From positions 1-64,000 of the IMG/VR virus record IMGVR_UViG_3300042882_000327: DNA of 64,000 nucleotides. One strand, written 5' to 3'. The translations under genes were made by a program, and so were the position numbers. This stretch comes from a virus. Within the stretch, counting starts at the first letter, position 1. The number at the start of each line of letters is the position of its first letter. Positions 39,358 through 47,693 of the stretch are shown in pieces. The notes below the pieces were generated by a model. It saw nothing but the letters and a program-made list of their open reading frames with translations, made no database searches and had not been told where the DNA came from.

Positions 39358-39666
39358 TTAATTAAATAGAATATTTTTTGAAGGTGTGATGATTCCGGAA
39401 CCAAAAATAGAATTATATTGTTGTAGGAACTCTTCGCCAGCTTCGCATTCAAATATAATATGATTCTTGTTAAGAGTCAAGACGGTATTTTTACTTTGCC
39501 CCGTATGTACAGGAAACGGCAAAAATCCAAATGTTGGAATAGCATCAGTTCTTGAGGGTATTACAGAAATTTGTACAGGATTCGTTAATGTGATCTTATC
39601 TCCCGATTCTTCGAATTCGGCCATAATATCTTCACCAGAAACCAATTTAAAACATTTTACATTCAT
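39358..39666 (-). CDS. conserved T4-like small beta-barrel (Sm-like) protein
   Basis: Motifs KL.SGE.I.AE, L.NP, Y...FG.GI. Confidence 0.7.
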   Translation of the reverse strand: MNVKCFKLVSGEDIMAEFEESGDKITLTNPVQISVIPSRTDAIPTFGFLPFPVHTGQSKNTVLTLNKNHIIFECEAGEEFLQQYNSIFGSGIITPSKNILFN

Positions 39667-40058
39667 TATTTTTCTCCATTAGTAACTTTCAAAACCGGCG
39701 AACCATTCCTAACTTGGATGGGAATAATCCTATCACCAAGACTTTCGTTTAATTTAAATTTAATGTAGTCTTCATAATTATTAGCTTTTTCGTCATCCAT
39801 AGACGAAACATCCATGTAAACAACTACTTGATCTGTATCACCCAATCTTAAAATTTCAAAATCCAATCCAGAATAAGAAACCAATACAGGATTTCCTTTT
39901 TCTTTAATATATTTTACAAATTCGTCATCTCTTACAAAAGCTAACTTTTCAGTCGCTTCGTCCGGAGTCATCTCTGATGTATCAACTTTAATAATTAAAA
40001 TATCATCTTTTTGTAGTTTAAGTTTTAAAAACTCAATTTCTTTTTCCCTATCTTCCAT
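39666..40058 (-). CDS. hypothetical protein with an internal tandem duplication
   Basis: Two L...D...I..D.S.M...A repeats. Confidence 0.6.
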   Translation of the reverse strand: MEDREKEIEFLKLKLQKDDILIIKVDTSEMTPDEATEKLAFVRDDEFVKYIKEKGNPVLVSYSGLDFEILRLGDTDQVVVYMDVSSMDDEKANNYEDYIKFKLNESLGDRIIPIQVRNGSPVLKVTNGEK

Positions 40059-40066
40059 TTTCACCT

Positions 40067-40483
40067 CTATAATTTTACTACTGGAATCCCACAATCTTGT
40101 AGGAATTTAATACCAGAAGAATCTCTATAATCTTGATCATAATAGACTTTCGTAATTTTTGCTCCGTAAATTAATCTAGAGCAAACATAACATGGATTGT
40201 GTGTTACAAACATTATTCCCCCTTCTGAGGATTCGTGCGAACACGCCAATTTCATTATTAGATTTTCTTCCGCATGAGAAACTTCTGGTTTTGTTTTTAA
40301 CCCAATTACAGGATCTATATACTCACAAATATTATCCCAACCGCGAGGAGTACCATTATAAGAAAACCCTATAATATTATCATTTTTCACAATGATAGCT
40401 CCAACTTTTAATTTAGTTGCTGTCGAGAGTTCCGCCGTTCTTTTAGCTACATCCATATAGTATCGGATTAGTTTTTCTTTCAT
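40067..40483 (-). CDS. cd: dCMP deaminase
   Basis: Motifs KVGA.IV, YNGTP.G, HAE.N, PC..C. Confidence 0.9.
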   Translation of the reverse strand: MKEKLIRYYMDVAKRTAELSTATKLKVGAIIVKNDNIIGFSYNGTPRGWDNICEYIDPVIGLKTKPEVSHAEENLIMKLACSHESSEGGIMFVTHNPCYVCSRLIYGAKITKVYYDQDYRDSSGIKFLQDCGIPVVKL

Positions 40484-40875
40484 ACATCAAAATCTTCTTT
40501 TTCAAAGACACTCTCCCAAGTAGGTTTTCCATGTAGAGCACATTCTGTAAAATATCTAAGATCATCATGAATATCTTCCAAATACTTCTTAGGAGTCGAA
40601 GGATTTACTAAAATCTCCGAAAGAATGATTGCAGCAATATGATAGAATTTAACCTCTTCGGTTTCAAAAATAGTACTATAATTCGGATCAGAAGAATTCA
40701 ATCTTTCGAATGCCAAATTTCTGCCTTCTCGTTTAATAAATTTATCGTGATTGCATCTAAAAGCCCATGCTGCTTTTACATAAGTCTTTCCATCTTGATC
40801 GAATACATCCGATGCAATAGTAATATCACGTTTACGATATAAATTTCTAACATACAAATATTTCAAATTGGACAT
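40480..40875 (-). CDS. hypothetical phage protein
   Basis: D.F....G...A..R motif common in phage small proteins. Confidence 0.6.
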   Translation of the reverse strand: MSNLKYLYVRNLYRKRDITIASDVFDQDGKTYVKAAWAFRCNHDKFIKREGRNLAFERLNSSDPNYSTIFETEEVKFYHIAAIILSEILVNPSTPKKYLEDIHDDLRYFTECALHGKPTWESVFEKEDFDV

Positions 40876-40886
40876 AAAAACCTCAA

Positions 40887-41090
40887 TTATTTGTTGGGAA
40901 CAATTTCCATGCTATCTTTTTTCATGTAGAAAATCTGACTATCCTTCTCAGATTTTTTAACTCCTATGAAATCATTGCCATCGATAGTTTTGGATGGAAA
41001 ATCTTTTGATGTGTAATACACAACATTATTAATTTTGCTACGTACCATTGTTAATGGTACAGAAGTCTTCTTTCTCATGTCTAGCCTCAT
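40887..41090 (-). CDS. small hypothetical protein
   Basis: 67-aa ORF with K.IDG..FIGV motif. Confidence 0.6.
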   Translation of the reverse strand: MRLDMRKKTSVPLTMVRSKINNVVYYTSKDFPSKTIDGNDFIGVKKSEKDSQIFYMKKDSMEIVPNK

Positions 41091-41100
41091 GCAATAAGTT

Positions 41101-41150
41101 ATTATAATATATATTGCCTTAAAAGTAAAGGGGGCATAAGCCCCCTTTGC
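41101..41150 (-). terminator. hsp20 terminator overlapping a sigma70-type promoter
   Basis: Stem AAAGGGGGC/GCCCCCTTT then a T run; TTTACT-N17-TATAAT at 41129-41101. Confidence 0.75.
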
Positions 41151-41627
41151 TTATTTTTCTTTGTCTGCAGTATCTTCTGTAAGAAGAGCAGTGTTTTGCG
41201 AGATTCCGATTGGAATCTTTCTTGGTCGTTTTTCTTCTGGAATTACATTTTCAATAGAAATTTTCAAAATTCCATCTACAACATCAGCATATCTTACAAC
41301 TGATGTATCAGATAAAGTGAAAACGTGTTTAAAATCGCGTTTAGCTAAACCATGATGTAAATACTCTACTTCAGAATCCGATTTCTCAGAAACACCAGAA
41401 ACATGAAGTTTGTTGTGGTTTGTTTCTACGCTAATATCGTCTTTGCTAAATCCAGCAACAGCAATTTGAATTTCATAATTATACATATCAAATTTGACGA
41501 TATTATATGGTGGATATGTTGGTGCTTTGTTTGTTCCTACCATTCTGTCTAGCTCTTCCATCGTAGAAAATAGACGATCAAAGCCAACAGTTGCGGGTAG
41601 TAATGATTTTCCGTATGGATATGTCAT
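41151..41627 (-). CDS. small heat shock protein Hsp20/IbpA-like
   Basis: Motifs GFDRLF, YPPYNI, IAVAGF, YLH.G.A.R.F, DGIL.I, PE..RP..I.I. Confidence 0.95.
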   Translation of the reverse strand: MTYPYGKSLLPATVGFDRLFSTMEELDRMVGTNKAPTYPPYNIVKFDMYNYEIQIAVAGFSKDDISVETNHNKLHVSGVSEKSDSEVEYLHHGLAKRDFKHVFTLSDTSVVRYADVVDGILKISIENVIPEEKRPRKIPIGISQNTALLTEDTADKEK

Positions 41628-41747
41628 GATGTTTCTCCTAATTTATAGCGAGTTATTGTAAATAACTTCCCCGAAGGCGAAGTTTGACGAGAGGAATATT
41701 TTAATTGCCTATCCTCTCACTGCAATTCCCATCCCGATGGGTATAAC
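41628..41747 (-). promoter_or_regulatory. structured 5' UTR of hsp20, ROSE-like RNA thermometer
   Basis: Three hairpins (one with a UUCG loop), then CUCGCU-AUAAAU-UAGGAG pairing the SD. Confidence 0.7.
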
Positions 41748-41755
41748 TATTTATA
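41748..41755 (-). promoter_or_regulatory. T4 late promoter for hsp20
   Basis: Exact TATAAATA directly after the regA stop. Confidence 0.8.
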
Positions 41756-42172
41756 TCAAATGTTATTATTTTTCTTAGATCCAATTGAATATTTATGATG
41801 TATTTCCCAATCAGATTTTTCTTTATGCGTCAAAATTTTAATTTGACTCAAATCTACTGTATTATTTTTGATTGCATTTTCATTAGAAATTTTTAATAGT
41901 TCCCAATCTTGTAGAAGCAATGAGATACTATTTCTTCTAGCCAAATCGTTTTCGGAAATATCTGTAGGTCTTCCATCTAACGCAAAAAGCTCTTTAAAAT
42001 GAACAATACGATAAAATCCTCTCTTATGTAGAATGTAGCAACTAGGATATAATGTTCTTTCTTTTCTAGATGCTACTCCGATTCTACTTAGAGTTTCTCT
42101 AATTTTTAGAAATGCTTCTTCGTTGTCTAATAGAATTTCAACTCCATGTCCCTTAAATATATCATCCGTCAT
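41756..42172 (-). CDS. regA: translational repressor RegA
   Basis: Motifs FLKIRETL.RIG.A, LY.SC.ILHK.G.Y.IVHFKELF.LDG. Confidence 0.95.
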   Translation of the reverse strand: MTDDIFKGHGVEILLDNEEAFLKIRETLSRIGVASRKERTLYPSCYILHKRGFYRIVHFKELFALDGRPTDISENDLARRNSISLLLQDWELLKISNENAIKNNTVDLSQIKILTHKEKSDWEIHHKYSIGSKKNNNI

Positions 42173-42201
42173 AATTTTCTCCAAATAACAATGTGTATAA
42201 G

Positions 42202-42597
42202 TTATTTATTATTTGGAGTTTTTCCACCTTTATCTAATTTTTCTCTAATGATTTTAACATCTTCTGGCGATAATAATGATAAAACTTGCTTTGCTTTGTT
42301 GGAAGAATATCCAAAATATTCCTTAATATACTTAATATCGGGATTTTCCGTATATTTAACCCATTTTGCGTATCCTCTTTTATAGCCTTTAATGGAATAA
42401 AAAAGATAGTCATACTGTAATTTCTTATCTAAATGTGGATTCATGTTCATCTGATTAACATAAAAAATCGCATCTATATGACTAGATAGTGCTTTATTAA
42501 CAATAAATGGATTATATTCTTTTTCTTCTTCTTGGGAGAGTATATACTCCTTAGTTTGTAATATAGATGGGACTATATCTTTAAATATGTCCATCAC
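42202..42597 (-). CDS. 62: clamp loader small subunit gp62
   Basis: Motifs Y.PF.VN.ALS, N.MN, LQYD.L, YFGYS..KA; between 44 and regA. Confidence 0.9.
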   Translation of the reverse strand: MMDIFKDIVPSILQTKEYILSQEEEKEYNPFIVNKALSSHIDAIFYVNQMNMNPHLDKKLQYDYLFYSIKGYKRGYAKWVKYTENPDIKYIKEYFGYSSNKAKQVLSLLSPEDVKIIREKLDKGGKTPNNK

Positions 42598-43532
42598 TTA
42601 AACTCCGCTTCAATCATTAACTCCGTGAAAAATCCCATAAATTGTATTTCTTGATCGGCAACAAACCCGCTTTGAAATTGATACTTAGCCAAAATTAGAA
42701 TAACTGCAGGTATAGAGCTAGGTTTTAGAAAATCATATAATCCGTCATACACTTTTCTATAAATGATATTATGATCATTATCCACGTTAGCAACAATCCA
42801 TTCCTTAACAGCAGTAAGGTTCTTTTCTTTAAGACTTTTAATCAATTCTTTCAGTTGAAGTTCGCCAACTTGAGATAAAATACCCGAATCAATTTTTCCA
42901 TGAATGGAATATCTCTGAATCTCATTAAGAATACGTCTGTTATCGGGATACCATTTGTTTACAAATGTGGCAACAACTTCCTTATCAAACTCGATCCCTT
43001 CTGCTTCAAGTATAGTACAAACTCGTTTGAAAAATTGTATAATAAGTTTCTTCTTTTCTATTTTGTTAATAGTAAAGTTAACTACAGCACACCTAGAATG
43101 AATTGGTTCAATAATTTTATTCGCATAATTACATGTAAGAATAAAAGTACAATTACTTGAATATTTCTCCAAAAAATTTCTAAAAGCATCTTGAAAATTT
43201 CGAGTTGCGGCATCAAATTCATCCAGAATAACAACTTTTCTTCCTCCAGAAAGAGATACCGAAGAAGCGTAGTTTGAAATTTTGGTTCTTAGAGTATCAA
43301 TACCATTCTCATCAGAAGCATTGATAAAAAGATAGTCACAACCAACCTCATTACAGAGAGCTTTAGCAATAGTAGTCTTTCCAGTACCAGCACCACCAAC
43401 CAATAGTAGATTAGGAATTTCCTTTCGATTTACATATTCTTGAAAAGTACTTTTTGTATTTTCGGGAAGAATACAATCTTGTACTTTCGACGGGCGATAT
43501 TTTTCAACAAATAAGAAATTATCAACATTCAT
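42594..43532 (-). CDS. 44: clamp loader large subunit gp44
   Basis: Motifs EKYRP, GTGKTT, LDEFD, HSRC. Confidence 0.95.
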   Translation of the reverse strand: MNVDNFLFVEKYRPSKVQDCILPENTKSTFQEYVNRKEIPNLLLVGGAGTGKTTIAKALCNEVGCDYLFINASDENGIDTLRTKISNYASSVSLSGGRKVVILDEFDAATRNFQDAFRNFLEKYSSNCTFILTCNYANKIIEPIHSRCAVVNFTINKIEKKKLIIQFFKRVCTILEAEGIEFDKEVVATFVNKWYPDNRRILNEIQRYSIHGKIDSGILSQVGELQLKELIKSLKEKNLTAVKEWIVANVDNDHNIIYRKVYDGLYDFLKPSSIPAVILILAKYQFQSGFVADQEIQFMGFFTELMIEAEFK

Positions 43533-43589
43533 AACAAAGACCTCAAATATAAATCATCAAATAAAAGCCGTCCTTGGCTCGAAAGTTAC

Positions 43590-43871
43590 TTAACTATTTT
43601 CAGTAACAATTCCTTCATAGAGTAATTCAAACTCTTCTTGTTCTGCAACCACTTCGTTATAATTCTTCTTGTGATATGTCTTTGCCATTTTTCGAATAAT
43701 TTTCTTCGGAATCTTCAATTCTTCGTGAACTGAATTGATAATTTCCTTCAGAGTATCGCGTTGAGCTTCTTGCATTGTCATAACATCGGACAACTCTTTC
43801 ATGCCAGTCTTTAAAACGCGAAGTTCTTCTTCAGTAAATGTTCCAAATGTAGAAGCGACAGTCTTAGTCAT
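43590..43871 (-). CDS. DsbA-like double-stranded DNA-binding protein
   Basis: Helical ...K.I.KMAKTYHK.NY.E...E..E...LYE pattern. Confidence 0.65.
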   Translation of the reverse strand: MTKTVASTFGTFTEEELRVLKTGMKELSDVMTMQEAQRDTLKEIINSVHEELKIPKKIIRKMAKTYHKKNYNEVVAEQEEFELLYEGIVTENS

Positions 43872-43882
43872 ATAATCCTCTG

Positions 43883-44560
43883 TTAGTTATAAGTTGATGA
43901 GTTTTCGGTAGCAATGTAATAAACAAGCCCCAATGCAGATTCTGTAAATTTAGCCAATCCCTTAGAACAAATTTCTACTTCATAACTTCCGGGAAGAATC
44001 TTCAGATTCTCAGTTCTAAAAACGGTTTTATACTTAGCTCCATTAGCATCTACATTCATGGAAATAGAGTTTGTATGAACCGAGTCATCATTTACATCAA
44101 AAGTAATTAAACTTACTACCTCCCCATCACTTTCAATAGCTACATTAGGAGATCCCAAAACATTTGCAGTTCTAAGTAACCAATTAAAATCTTCCTCCGA
44201 AAGAGTAAACTTTACATCTACAGTTGGAATTTGTGGACGTACATTAGGAGCCGCGACAATCATAGACGGATCTGTAAATCTATACTTGATCTTAGATCGT
44301 CCACCATATCCCTTGATGATAATATGCTTAGAATCAAATTCTAGTTCCGCTCCGTCCTTAAAAAGTGACATGACAGATAAAAAGTTATTCAGATCATAAA
44401 TCCCAAAATTTTGGGGAATAGTTTCCGAAATCGTAGCATCTGCCAAGATATTCTTTTGCGGAGATACTGTTGATAGGATATTACCTTCCTTAAAATAAAT
44501 TCCAGGATTGATACTGGAAAAATTTTTAAGGACATTTATTGTCTCACTACTTAGTTTCAT
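43883..44560 (-). CDS. 45: sliding clamp gp45
   Basis: Motifs MKLS.ET..LKNF..IN, F.IYDL..FL, Y.IA.E. Confidence 0.95.
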   Translation of the reverse strand: MKLSSETINVLKNFSSINPGIYFKEGNILSTVSPQKNILADATISETIPQNFGIYDLNNFLSVMSLFKDGAELEFDSKHIIIKGYGGRSKIKYRFTDPSMIVAAPNVRPQIPTVDVKFTLSEEDFNWLLRTANVLGSPNVAIESDGEVVSLITFDVNDDSVHTNSISMNVDANGAKYKTVFRTENLKILPGSYEVEICSKGLAKFTESALGLVYYIATENSSTYN

Positions 44561-44578
44561 TATATACCTCAATTATTA

Positions 44579-44935
44579 TCAATAACACAAATTATAATAC
44601 CCTGTAGGTCCAGTTGTCCTGACATTAGAAACAGTACAATTATCTAGATAATGATAGTCCATACTTCCTACTGGTCCTATATTAGTTTTAATGTCCGAAG
44701 AAACAGTCGATACGAAAGTTTCGTCTTCCTTTCTCATTTCGATCCATCTATTAAGAGAAACAATAGCTTCTTTAACATCCTTTTCAAGATCTTTGTGACC
44801 TCTTCCACCAGCCACCAACAGCTTTTTTACAGCATGTTGAATAGCTGGATCGGTCACGCCAAATAATTCCAAAACCCTATAAACATCAACACATTCGTAG
44901 GGAACTTTTTTATAATAGTGGGAATATTCTTTCAT
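44579..44935 (-). CDS. DUF3310-like phage protein
   Basis: Motifs HY, DVY.V...F.V, HA.KK.L..G.RG.KD...D..EA. Confidence 0.65.
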   Translation of the reverse strand: MKEYSHYYKKVPYECVDVYRVLELFGVTDPAIQHAVKKLLVAGGRGHKDLEKDVKEAIVSLNRWIEMRKEDETFVSTVSSDIKTNIGPVGSMDYHYLDNCTVSNVRTTGPTGYYNLCY

Positions 44936-44967
44936 TATATACTATCCATCAATTAAAGTAAAGGATT

Positions 44968-45765
44968 TTATAGTTCACCAAGATGTTGTGCAACTGCTGG
45001 TAGATTACCCGTGAAGATGTAAGTTCCTACATGGGAAAGTTGTAGCCAAGGACACATCCAAACTTTAATTCCTAACTTTCTCATCTGATGGCAGTTACAA
45101 TAATCTTCTGAAAGAGTTCTCTTGGATTCTGGATCGATGAATACATTAAAGAATGAACAAATTTCACGATCACCACCAAAATGAGCTTGTCCGACGTGAT
45201 CTGGCTTATACATATATTCTGGATGAGCTTCTTGGAACTTCTCAAATACTTCTCTACGATACATACAAAATCCAGTACCAACTTCAGAAACTTCTAGAGG
45301 TTCTGTAACAGAAAATCTCTGCATTCCACCAACAGGATTAAATACCATAGATCCTACCAACTTTTGATACTCTTCAATAGGCAGAGCAGGATTCTTTTGA
45401 ATTGCTTTGTGGAGTTGACCCCATTCAATACTCTTCTTGGGATACGGACCACCTATGATTTCTTTATCAAGCGCAAGCATGGCTACAATATCTTGTGCAT
45501 TGAATGCGATATCGGCATCAATAAACATCATATGAGTACAATCAGAACGATTTAAGAATTCATCAACAATATAATTCCTAGCACGTTGAATTAAACTTTC
45601 ATTAAAAAGAAAGCTAAACCTAACATCCACACCATATTGAACCATCATCGCTTGTAGATCCAAAAGACTCTTAGCAGTCATCCCAGTCATCTGACCGCCA
45701 TAACAAGGCATTCCAATAAATAGTTTTTTAGATCTTAATGTTTCTGCAGAAATTTCAATTTTCAT
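44968..45765 (-). CDS. GT-A fold glycosyltransferase-like protein
   Basis: Motifs P.YGG, NESLI.RARN, FIDADI, YPKK, GTGF, SEDY, H.G. Confidence 0.75.
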   Translation of the reverse strand: MKIEISAETLRSKKLFIGMPCYGGQMTGMTAKSLLDLQAMMVQYGVDVRFSFLFNESLIQRARNYIVDEFLNRSDCTHMMFIDADIAFNAQDIVAMLALDKEIIGGPYPKKSIEWGQLHKAIQKNPALPIEEYQKLVGSMVFNPVGGMQRFSVTEPLEVSEVGTGFCMYRREVFEKFQEAHPEYMYKPDHVGQAHFGGDREICSFFNVFIDPESKRTLSEDYCNCHQMRKLGIKVWMCPWLQLSHVGTYIFTGNLPAVAQHLGEL

Positions 45766-45785
45766 AATTTACCTATCAAGTTATA

Positions 45786-47102
45786 TTAAATTTTTTCACC
45801 AACTTCAAATCCCCTTAATCTAACAAATCTAGGGAATCGAAGACTATAAGTTCCATTTTGATTCTGTGTTATAGCATCGCACTCAATTTCTGCGATTTTG
45901 CCAATAACCTTGGAAGAATTATTCCAATATAATTCTCGTTCCTTGTCCGTAAGTCCAGACCCAACATTGACTAAAATTTCTTTTTCGTCTTCATACCCAT
46001 TACAGACAAGAGCACCCAATTTGCCCTTATATTTATCATCGCCCTCCTGTAAATTAATAATTTCTAAATCTATTGTCATTACGGGTTTTAACTTTAACCA
46101 TGCTGCAGACCGCTTACACTCATAAGGCGCACTCAAGTCTTTAATCATGATTCCTTCTTTTCCAGCATCAATACATTTCTTATTAAACTCGTTAAATTTT
46201 TTTATTCCTACTTCTGAATCCATATCAATAGAAATACATTCCAACACTTTAATATTATCTAAACCAACTGTCCGCGAAGTAATTTCAGCCAAATTTAAAA
46301 ATCTTTCATGTTGTGGTATATCAGATTTACCACATTGAAAATCTCTTAGAGGAATCATATCAAACAAATAAAGCATAGAATCGTTTGTTTGAATATCGGT
46401 CTTTCTATACAATTGCGTCATCAATGCTTGAAAAGACTCCGACATAATTTCTCCATCGAAAACAGTTGGTTCATCTAACATAGACCCCAAATCGGACAAC
46501 TGTCCTCTGATTTTATCAAAGTTCAGAACCTCTTTTCCATTTCTAGAAAACTGATCAACTCTCCCATTAGGATAAACAATAGATAAAATTCTAGTACCAT
46601 CTAATTTCTCTTGTAGAATTTTATTTCCTGTTAATTTAGTTTCGTGTAACTTGGAATCAAACGCCAACTGACAAGAAAATACAGGAATATTATATTTCTC
46701 CGATTTAAGTTTTTTAGCAACGTTGTTTACAGTCTTTACATCTACACCACATTTAAGATCTTTCATCAAAATTCTACGATACCAATTATTCCACATGTGC
46801 ATAGATGAACTGATAGCCATTTCAAGAACCATTTTTCTAGCATCATTGCCAGTTACCTTTCTATCAATCAATAGGCTAACATTTTCAAAAAACTCTTCTT
46901 GAGTCAATTTATGTTCGGTATCAGAAATTTTCTCCGGTACTTGTTTAATACCGAAAGTAACCAATTTATCTAATGCAAGAGAAATACCTTTAAAAAATTC
47001 ATCATTTTCACCTTGCATTTCTCTAAAAATAACAGACTCTTTGAATAGTCTACTATTATCAGATTCCAGTTCTAAAATAATATCAGATGGAATTTTTGTC
47101 AC
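45786..47102 (-). CDS. 30: ATP-dependent DNA ligase gp30
   Basis: Motifs KLDG.R, SRNG, FDGEI, EGIMIK, W.K.K, SLRFPRF. Confidence 0.95.
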   Translation of the reverse strand: MTKIPSDIILELESDNSRLFKESVIFREMQGENDEFFKGISLALDKLVTFGIKQVPEKISDTEHKLTQEEFFENVSLLIDRKVTGNDARKMVLEMAISSSMHMWNNWYRRILMKDLKCGVDVKTVNNVAKKLKSEKYNIPVFSCQLAFDSKLHETKLTGNKILQEKLDGTRILSIVYPNGRVDQFSRNGKEVLNFDKIRGQLSDLGSMLDEPTVFDGEIMSESFQALMTQLYRKTDIQTNDSMLYLFDMIPLRDFQCGKSDIPQHERFLNLAEITSRTVGLDNIKVLECISIDMDSEVGIKKFNEFNKKCIDAGKEGIMIKDLSAPYECKRSAAWLKLKPVMTIDLEIINLQEGDDKYKGKLGALVCNGYEDEKEILVNVGSGLTDKERELYWNNSSKVIGKIAEIECDAITQNQNGTYSLRFPRFVRLRGFEVGEKI

Positions 47103-47688
47103 TCTCTATTCTCCGTTGTTGGATCAATTCACGAGCAAAACTTTTAATTCTTTTTTCTCTCCTTTTTAAAGAAGATTTCAGAGCCAAAGGTTTTGCGACT
47201 TTATCAAACGTAATACCATTCAAATGGTCGATTTCATGTTGGGCGACTCTAGCCGAAATGCCCGTCAAATTAATCTCTTTATTATTCCCATCTACATCCT
47301 GATACGAAACAGTAACATCTTTAGGTCTTGTAATAGCCATACTCAAAAATGGAAATGATAAGCAACCTTCCTCCATATGCACTGTTTCTAAAGAAGATCG
47401 GACAATTTTAGGATTAAATAATGTCATATATTCTTTATCAAATCCCATGACAAAAACTTTTCTAGAAATTCCACACTGAGGAGCAGCGACACCATATGCT
47501 CTATGCGTCTTCAAAGTTTCTGTTAATCTACCAGACAACTCTACAGCATTTTCGGAAGAAAAATTAAACTCTTCAGCAATCTGCTTCAAGATAGGATCGT
47601 TCTCTTCAACAAGTTCAAAACGATCATATTTATGTTCGATAATCTTTGTAGCCGATTCGCCCGTATCAATTGTAATCATTCCACTCAT
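47083..47688 (-). CDS. def: peptide deformylase
   Basis: Motifs G.AAPQ.G, EGCLS, QHE.DHL.G. Confidence 0.95.
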   Translation of the reverse strand: MSGMITIDTGESATKIIEHKYDRFELVEENDPILKQIAEEFNFSSENAVELSGRLTETLKTHRAYGVAAPQCGISRKVFVMGFDKEYMTLFNPKIVRSSLETVHMEEGCLSFPFLSMAITRPKDVTVSYQDVDGNNKEINLTGISARVAQHEIDHLNGITFDKVAKPLALKSSLKRREKRIKSFARELIQQRRIESDKNSI

Positions 47689-47693
47689 ATATT

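Noticed and set aside
43562-43580. GAGCCAAGGACGGCTTTT short hairpin after the DsbA-like gene
   Set aside because: Single copy with a weak stem; it could be a weak terminator but is not supportable as a repeat family here.
44934-44962. TTTACT-N17-TATAAT promoter for 44579..44935
   Set aside because: The -10 box overlaps the ATG, so it cannot serve that ORF as annotated; left uncalled.
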